Made by a program: the position numbers and the translations under genes. Under the pieces are notes generated by a model. The model saw nothing but the letters and a program-made list of their open reading frames with translations. It was not told the origin of the DNA and ran no database searches. DNA of 12,354 nt from Methanotrichaceae archaeon. Its GTDB lineage: Archaea > Halobacteriota > Methanosarcinia > Methanotrichales > Methanotrichaceae. How positions within the stretch are numbered: position 1 is the first letter of the stretch; each line of letters starts with the position of its first letter. The DNA is taken from the NCBI GenBank assembly GCA_963803145.1, contig CAWDLW010000040.1, forward strand, positions 1-12,354, written 5' to 3'. Below are positions 6,725 to 12,354 of the stretch, in pieces.

Positions 6725-7387
6725 ATGAAAATTCTAGGGATAAACGGTAGCCCTAGGGGCTCCAAGAGTCAGACGCTCGTATTGGTTGAGGCTGTATTGG
6801 ATGGTGCAAACGCTTCCGGCGCAGAGGTAGAGCTAGTGGATGTATGCGAACTGAAGATAGATTACTGCAACGCTTGTGGAGTATGTTATGCTAAGGGCAA
6901 GTGCATCCATGAAGATGACTTTGAAGGCCTGTATCGCAAGATACTGGAGTGCGATGGTCTTGTCCTGGTATCTCCAGTATATTTCAGATCTGTAACTGCC
7001 CAGCTAAAGACGTTGATAGACCGGATGTCAGATGCTATCCATTGTCAGCTTCTCACAGATAAATATGGATGTGCCGTGGCGACCGCAGGAAGCCCTAATT
7101 ATACGGAGGTAACGGACTACCTTGGCCGGATTATTACAGGATTCGGTGCATTTACAGTAGGTAGTGTTGGCGCCAGCCCATCGATTCCTGGAGATATAGA
7201 GGCTAAAAAGAAGGAGGCATCCAAGCTTGGGCAAACGCTGGCAGATGCAATAAAGACCAAGCGTGCCTATCCTGAACAGGATGCTATACACAATGAGACA
7301 CGCAATCGCTTCAAATCGATGGTCAAGGTGAACAAAGATATTTGGGCCCATCAGTACGAGCATTGGGAGAAGATGGGTTGGCTTTGA
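6725..7387 (+). CDS. Iron-sulfur flavoprotein (Isf) / multimeric flavodoxin WrbA-like, NADPH-dependent FMN reductase fold
   Basis: MKILGINGSPR FMN-binding loop, compact Cys motif CNACGVCYAKGKC (Cx2Cx2Cx5C), and SPVYF..VTAQLKTLIDR. Start set at ATG 6725, after GGAGG at 6710-6714. Confidence 0.92.
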   Translation: MKILGINGSPRGSKSQTLVLVEAVLDGANASGAEVELVDVCELKIDYCNACGVCYAKGKCIHEDDFEGLYRKILECDGLVLVSPVYFRSVTAQLKTLIDRMSDAIHCQLLTDKYGCAVATAGSPNYTEVTDYLGRIITGFGAFTVGSVGASPSIPGDIEAKKKEASKLGQTLADAIKTKRAYPEQDAIHNETRNRFKSMVKVNKDIWAHQYEHWEKMGWL

Positions 7388-7416
7388 GTAAGAGATTATT
7401 GGCGCTAGTCCCAGAA

Positions 7417-7430
7417 TTTTTTTGCAAAAA
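7417..7430. terminator. T7 tract / palindrome tttttgcaaaaa after isf (terminator or operator)
   Basis: T run at 7417-7423 and a perfect 12-bp palindrome at 7419-7430, just upstream of the ABC promoter. Confidence 0.35.
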
Positions 7431-7437
7431 TGCCGAA

Positions 7438-7450
7438 GCGAATTTAATAG
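7438..7450 (+). promoter_or_regulatory. Probable BRE-TATA for the ABC exporter operon
   Basis: gcgaa-TTTAATAG with the TATA starting 30 nt before ATG 7473. No clear RBS, consistent with a near-leaderless mRNA. Confidence 0.5.
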
Positions 7451-7472
7451 TTTAAGGACCGGGTTCACTACA

Positions 7473-8453
7473 ATGTTTGCAATTGAAGTTAAACAGCTTA
7501 CAAAAGTTTATAATGGCGATGTTAAAGCACTGGATGGTGTTGATTTTAGTGTTAATGCCGGTGATGTTTTTGCCATGTTGGGCCCCAACGGCTCAGGTAA
7601 AACCACTTTGATGCGGATTTTGACCACGCAGTTCAAGCCTACCTCAGGTGAAGCATATATTTTCGGGCTGGACGTCGCAAAGAACGACGCGCAGGTCAGA
7701 AAAATTATAAGCTATGTTCCACAGGAGGTGAGCGTCTGGAATGATATTACCGGTTTTGAGAACCTTCTCATATACGCTAAGGTTTATGGTCTCCCTTCAA
7801 AGAACAGGAAACAGATTATTTGGGACGCTCTGGATAGTATGGGCCTAAACGAAGTTGCGAATAACCTTGTTAAGACATATTCCGGTGGCATGATCAGAAG
7901 ACTCGAAATCGCATGTGCTATGATGATCAGGCCTAAGCTTCTGTTTTTAGATGAACCCACTCTCGGCCTGGACCCTTCTGCCAGAAAGGCGGTCTGGGAA
8001 AACATGACATCCTTCAAGAAGGAGTGTGGAACAACTGTATTTTTTAATACGCATTATATGGATGAGGCCGACCTTTACTCGGATAAGATAGCCATAATTA
8101 ATAGAGGTAAGATGGTCAAGTTTGGAACGGCCAGTGAACTTAAACATTCTCTGAGGAGAGAGGTCATTCGATTCAGCTTGAGGAATCATGGTGTTGATGA
8201 AGGTGTTCTGAAGAAGATTGGGAGTTCGGGTTTTGTTAACGATGTTTTTATTCATAACTCAAGGCTAGATGTAGTTGTTGAGGATGCGGAGACTGCGTTA
8301 CCTGATGTCATTGAGCTATTGAGAACCGAGGGAATTTCTGCGACGAAGATCTCCATGTCCAGACCAACTTTAGATGATGTCTTCTTAGAGTACGCCGGGA
8401 GCATACATTCGATGAGCCACACAGGCGAAAGAGCCCTGACCGGGAAGGAGTAG
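7473..8453 (+). CDS. ABC-2 type multidrug exporter ATP-binding subunit (DrrA-like)
   Basis: Walker A GPNGSGKT, Q-loop YVPQE, signature YSGGM, Walker B LLFLDEPT, H-loop THYMDEAD, and DrrA-type C-terminal PTLDDVFL. Start moved from TTG 7422 to ATG 7473 (MFAIEVKQL). Confidence 0.95.
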   Translation: MFAIEVKQLTKVYNGDVKALDGVDFSVNAGDVFAMLGPNGSGKTTLMRILTTQFKPTSGEAYIFGLDVAKNDAQVRKIISYVPQEVSVWNDITGFENLLIYAKVYGLPSKNRKQIIWDALDSMGLNEVANNLVKTYSGGMIRRLEIACAMMIRPKLLFLDEPTLGLDPSARKAVWENMTSFKKECGTTVFFNTHYMDEADLYSDKIAIINRGKMVKFGTASELKHSLRREVIRFSLRNHGVDEGVLKKIGSSGFVNDVFIHNSRLDVVVEDAETALPDVIELLRTEGISATKISMSRPTLDDVFLEYAGSIHSMSHTGERALTGKE

Positions 8454-8455
8454 CT

Positions 8456-9226
8456 ATGGCGATGAAGGATTCTTTGAGAGAGATGTTTGCTATGATAGAA
8501 CTTGAGCTGAGGAGACTTAAGCATGATCGAAAGGAGATGTATACGAGGGCGATTCAACCAATTTTATGGCTGGTAGTTTATGGAACTGTCATGAGTCACG
8601 TGAGAGCAATACCTACTGATGGGATACCTTACCTGGATTATATTACTCCGGGCGTTCTACTACAATCCACTATATTTGTGTCAGTTTTTTACGGTCTCAC
8701 AATCGTATGGGAAAGGGAAACTGGCACTTTGAAGAAGCTCCTTGTGGCGCCTGCATCCAGATATGCTATAGTTATAGGCAGATCCATAGCTTCCGGAGTC
8801 CGAGCAATTTTTCAGGCTCTAATAATCTTGCCGATCGCGTGGCTTTTAGGTGTAAAAATTATATCCAATCCATTATTCCTATTAGCGGCATTTTTAATAC
8901 TGTTCTTTGTCTCCGGTGGTTTCGCTGCCATCTCAATTTTTGTTGCATCTCTTATGAAAACCAGAGAGAGATTTATGGGGATAGGTCAGGCTTTGATCAT
9001 GCCGCTCTTCTTTGCCAGCAGCGCACTATATCCGATTAAGTTGATGCCTCAAATCCTGCAATATTTCGCAATCTTTAATCCATTAACATATGCAGTAGAC
9101 GCTGTTAGGGGCCTGATGATTTCCGGAGATCTGACCAACCTTTTACCTGATATTGCAGTCATAGCTATCTTCGATATTGCTATGTTTATAATAGCTTCTA
9201 TAAGCTTCAGGAAGATCATAGAATGA
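8456..9226 (+). CDS. ABC-2 type exporter permease (DrrB-like)
   Basis: About 6 hydrophobic segments, with YLDYITPGVL, ERETGTLKKLLVAP, PLFFASSALYP and NPLTYAVDAVR motifs. Begins 2 nt after the ATPase stop. Confidence 0.95.
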   Translation: MAMKDSLREMFAMIELELRRLKHDRKEMYTRAIQPILWLVVYGTVMSHVRAIPTDGIPYLDYITPGVLLQSTIFVSVFYGLTIVWERETGTLKKLLVAPASRYAIVIGRSIASGVRAIFQALIILPIAWLLGVKIISNPLFLLAAFLILFFVSGGFAAISIFVASLMKTRERFMGIGQALIMPLFFASSALYPIKLMPQILQYFAIFNPLTYAVDAVRGLMISGDLTNLLPDIAVIAIFDIAMFIIASISFRKIIE

Positions 9227-9286
9227 TTTATTCCGGGTCTGTGAAATATGTAACGAGCAAAAACACTCCATGAAGGCAAGAATGAC

Positions 9287-9314
9287 ATGAACTTTTTCAT
9301 TAATTTTTATTTTT
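9287..9314 (+). terminator. Possible terminator of the ABC operon
   Basis: Short inverted repeat atgaa-cttt-ttcat followed by T tracts (taatttttattttt). Confidence 0.4.
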
Positions 9315-9396
9315 ACCGGAACACAATCAGTAATCCATTTATACGCAAGAGATCTTATGAAGCGTGGATTATGTTTTCCACATCTTATGAGGTGAA

Positions 9397-10056
9397 ATGA
9401 TGACTACGAATAGCAACGGGGATTGCAACCATTTTCTTGATGAGATCATTGAATCACGACGATCTATCCGAGCTTTTAAGAACGATATACCGCCGAAAGA
9501 TGCCATTAAGGCAATAATACGTGCAGGTTTGTTTGCTCCCTACGCAGGGGCGGCATTAGATCAAGGAGAATTCAGGCGTTTTGTAGTCATCCAAAATGGC
9601 GGCACTACAATGGCGAAAGTTGGAGCGCTCATGCAGCGACAAATAAAAGCGATATACAATAACATAAGCCTGGAGATGGAGCGCGATCCAGCTATGAAGA
9701 GCAGGGCTCAGAATTTTGCAAGGAGACTTGAGGCGGTTTCAAAGGAAGATCTACCGGGTGTTGGGACTGCACCTTATTTCATAGTAGTAGCGGAGAGGAA
9801 GGGATTTCCTCCAGTAGAACATTGGTCTTTAGCACATTGTCTTCAAAATATGTGGCTGAAGGCTACTGCTCTTGATCTGGGATTTCATCTTGTATCAGTG
9901 ACGGCTGAGATGGCAAAGGATAAAGAATTCTGTGATCTCATTGGAGTTCCTTTCGGAGAGTTCGAAATTAATGGATGCGCTGTAGGATATCCATTGAAGA
10001 AGCTGCCTCCTGCAGAGCGCCAAGATGTGGATGAGGTCACAAGCTGGCTTGATTGA
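9397..10056 (+). CDS. Nitroreductase family protein
   Basis: IIESRRSIRAF FMN-binding motif, AG.FAP, and QNMWLKATALDLG...VGYP. The RBS GAGGTGA (9389-9395) may favour the second ATG at 9400. TATA-like TTTATA at 9338-9343. Confidence 0.93.
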   Translation: MMTTNSNGDCNHFLDEIIESRRSIRAFKNDIPPKDAIKAIIRAGLFAPYAGAALDQGEFRRFVVIQNGGTTMAKVGALMQRQIKAIYNNISLEMERDPAMKSRAQNFARRLEAVSKEDLPGVGTAPYFIVVAERKGFPPVEHWSLAHCLQNMWLKATALDLGFHLVSVTAEMAKDKEFCDLIGVPFGEFEINGCAVGYPLKKLPPAERQDVDEVTSWLD

Positions 10057-10209
10057 TCGTGATACTAGACCGCTAAAAAAGTTATAAAACCAATACGTGC
10101 ATTGTCTAGGTCTACTGTTTAGCTAAGGCTTAATGCCTTTAAGGAGCAGTGATCTGAACGTATAAGGAACTTAACGATAGGCCAAAAGTTAAAAGTAGCT
10201 AGTGTCTTA

Positions 10210-10851
10210 TTATTTCTTCTCCATAAAAGCGTAGTTTGCTAAATGAGTCACAGATTTACCTCTGATCTCTATTGTTTTTAATTCTTTTATGTTGAAGTAT
10301 GGCTCAAAGAGGTCTCTCAGTTCCTCAACAGAAGAGAGATATAAAATAGTGCCTATTCGGGTTTCTACATATTTCTCTGAGCCCCCAAATTGGGGATCCT
10401 TTTCATTGAAACAGACTGAGAGGTATTTGCCTCTTGGATTAAGTATTTTATGAACATTTTCGACATATTTCTTCCTTTCCTCAGGGAATATGTGATGCAG
10501 CAGCTCCCAATCGTATGCAAAATCAAAAGTTTCTGTTACCTCATTCAGATTGCCAAGGACATCGGCAACAAGGAACTTGCTCTTGACTCCTTTCTTCTTT
10601 GCATTTTCCTTGGCGAGCTTTATTGCTGTTGGGGAGATATCGACTCCTGTCACATCGAACCCAATACTCGCAAGATAAATAGCGTAGTTGCCAGCGCCAC
10701 AACCTAAATCAATAGTTTTGCACGGTTTTACTTTTTCGCTCTTAACTAATTCGATTAGAGCATCTGGAGGCGCCTCTATATTCCAAGGGATATTCTCAAG
10801 ACTCATATTTCTATAAATCTTATCTATCTCAGCCTGTTTTATGCCATCCAT
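10210..10851 (-). CDS. Class I SAM-dependent methyltransferase (TPMT/TehB-like small-molecule type)
   Basis: Motif I IDLGCGAG, VTGVDISPTAI, N-terminal IPWN...PP, and FD.AYD...LHHI. GAGGT upstream and tandem TAA TAA stops. Confidence 0.92.
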   Translation of the reverse strand: MDGIKQAEIDKIYRNMSLENIPWNIEAPPDALIELVKSEKVKPCKTIDLGCGAGNYAIYLASIGFDVTGVDISPTAIKLAKENAKKKGVKSKFLVADVLGNLNEVTETFDFAYDWELLHHIFPEERKKYVENVHKILNPRGKYLSVCFNEKDPQFGGSEKYVETRIGTILYLSSVEELRDLFEPYFNIKELKTIEIRGKSVTHLANYAFMEKK

Positions 10852-11081
10852 ACTTTACCTCGCACCTTTCTCCAGCATATAGCCTTACGGTTGAGTATTT
10901 ATGACCGAATATTTAAATCATTAATATCTGGAGTATTTCGAACGGCTAGTTATGGCAAGAAGGCGTTGTAAAATGATCATTTATATAGTGCGAGTGCTGA
11001 TGTTATCTTGGACCTGGAGAATGGATTTTATAATGAACAATCCCTGCGAAAAATTATAGTTAGGTTGGGCTTCATAAAATA

Positions 11082-11663
11082 ATGCATATGTCAGAGGATT
11101 TAGTTATAGATAAAAGCAAAACCGCTTTTGTAGTCATCGATCTACAGAAAGGCGTTACGGCTATGCTGAGCAGGCCATACACCGCACAAGAAGTAATTTC
11201 ACACGCGTCTAAGCTGGTGAACGCATTTAGGAAAAACAATATGCCTGTATTCCTTGTGCATGTGGAAATGACAAAAGAGACAATGCTAAACGTCATAAGT
11301 GACCAGACATTCTCTAGACCTCAGTCACCTTCTTCAGATTGGGCTGAGTTTGTTCCAGAGCTTACTCCTACACCAAAGGATATTGTGATCACAAAGAGGC
11401 AGTGGGGAGCTTTTTATGGGACTGACCTCGATCTACAGCTGAGAAGACGGAAAATAGATACAATAGTGCTTTGCGGAATATCGACTGACTTTGGGGTTGA
11501 GAGCACCGCAAGATTCGCCTACGAGTACGGCTACCAGCAGATCTTTGCAGAGGACGCGATGGCCTCAAGATCTGATGAACAGCATAACGTCGCAGTCAAC
11601 TTCATTTTCAAGAGAATTGGCAGAGTAAGAAAGACTGATGAAATAGTAAAGGCGATAGAATAA
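11082..11663 (+). CDS. Isochorismatase-family hydrolase, YecD-like
   Basis: VVIDLQKG and ITKRQWGAFYGTDLDLQLRRRKIDTIVLCGISTDFGVESTAR, the YecD-type signature. The start may be ATG 11088. BRE/TATA-like cgaaaaattatag at 11047-11059. Confidence 0.92.
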   Translation: MHMSEDLVIDKSKTAFVVIDLQKGVTAMLSRPYTAQEVISHASKLVNAFRKNNMPVFLVHVEMTKETMLNVISDQTFSRPQSPSSDWAEFVPELTPTPKDIVITKRQWGAFYGTDLDLQLRRRKIDTIVLCGISTDFGVESTARFAYEYGYQQIFAEDAMASRSDEQHNVAVNFIFKRIGRVRKTDEIVKAIE

Positions 11664-11932
11664 GTTTCCAAAACTTATTAAATACCTATTTCTATTTTAT
11701 CCATGATGTCGTAGCTTCAGCACAAAAATCTCTTCTTTGTGCCTATATCTTCGTGGTTTAATGCTTGCCTGATTCACCCTGAGTATACAAAGGCATAAAG
11801 CTATTATTCAGCAATCAAGTTATTCTTAGCCTGTGGTGGCATCAGAGATAAGTTGATACTAGTTTTAGATTTTTATACTCTAACCGCAAGTTATATTTAA
11901 GATCAGTAGGAAAAGTTAAAGGGGGTTGTAAT

Positions 11933-12085
11933 ATGGCCGAACATGAGACAGCAAAAACGAAGAATGAAGAAGAGCACAAGGATGTCGAGCCCATAAAGCC
12001 TGGCGACCCCAGGGTCGCTCGCAGAAAGGGCTCATTGCTAGATACCTGCTACACTACCAGCAGTGGGCAGCCAAAGTCGAAATAA
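11933..12085 (+). CDS. Small hypothetical protein, 50 aa (MAEHETAKTKNEEEHKDVEPIKPGDPRVARRKGSLLDTCYTTSSGQPKSK), absent from the ORF track
   Basis: Translated by hand from ATG 11933 to TAA 12083-12085. RBS-like GGGGGTTG at 11921-11928, TATA-like TTATATTTAA at 11891-11900, and purine-rich coding-like composition within AT-rich flanks. Confidence 0.65.
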   Translation: MAEHETAKTKNEEEHKDVEPIKPGDPRVARRKGSLLDTCYTTSSGQPKSK

Positions 12086-12344
12086 GGGCTTGATCATTAG
12101 GAAAGCATCATCACCGCTCTCCTTTTATCGCCCTCTGAACCTATTTTGAATTTTCATGAGCTTTTTCTGCTATGTTTTCTACTATGATTCTCTTAATTTG
12201 CAGTGGCTTATTCCAAGGATCTCATGTTTACGTGATTTAAAACAAAAGTTAGCTTATACAACATCAGGAATGCATTCTGTAAGCTAAGCCCTATTTAAGG
12301 AACTAGTCGGGCGCAAATCAAAAGAAAAATTAGCTGGAGGTGAA

Positions 12345-12354
12345 ATGCCTATCC
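12345..12354 (+). CDS. 5' end of the next gene (truncated by window; M-P-I...)
   Basis: Consensus RBS GGAGGTGA at 12336-12343 directly before ATG 12345. The spacing is short, so the true start may lie slightly further on. Confidence 0.45.

Noticed and set aside
7422-7472. TTG-initiated extension of the ABC ATPase
   Set aside because: It runs through the probable promoter, and family homology starts at MFAIEVKQL (7473).
10062-10072. atactagac matches one end of the putative TetR operator region (reverse strand of about 1490-1498)
   Set aside because: It is only a half-site with no palindrome, and it lies between convergent gene ends, so it is likely chance.
1556-12085. RiPP cluster hypothesis (SPASM enzyme + 50-aa peptide + ABC exporter)
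   Set aside because: The peptide is about 9 kb from the SPASM gene in a separate transcription unit, no precursor lies next to the enzyme, and the tes neighbour points to lipid chemistry. Not strictly excluded.

Overview
Archaeal DNA, judged by TATA/BRE-type promoters, GGAGGTGA-type ribosome sites and methanogen-style proteins; a Methanotrichales/Methanosarcinales host is an inference. The left half holds the most interesting element, a ~5.2 kb cassette (786-5980). It has a bacterial-type TetR gene transcribed divergently from a three-gene operon: a radical SAM/SPASM enzyme resembling the GMGT-synthase (Gms) family, a 14-TMS MFS efflux transporter, and a tetraether lipid synthase (Tes/GDGT-MAS, MJ0619 family). 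A TetR-style palindrome abuts a shared TATA box in the divergent promoter. The cassette is bracketed by two diverged direct copies of a universal stress protein gene with its promoter. My reading, which is inference, is a ligand-inducible membrane-remodelling module that couples membrane-spanning lipid synthesis to efflux. The right half is a stress/detoxification neighbourhood: iron-sulfur flavoprotein, DrrAB-like ABC-2 exporter, nitroreductase, class I SAM methyltransferase, a YecD-type isochorismatase-family protein lacking the catalytic Cys, an unannotated 50-aa ORF, and the start of a further gene at the window edge. I saw no tRNA, rRNA, CRISPR array or transposase. All family assignments come from motif recognition, not database searches.
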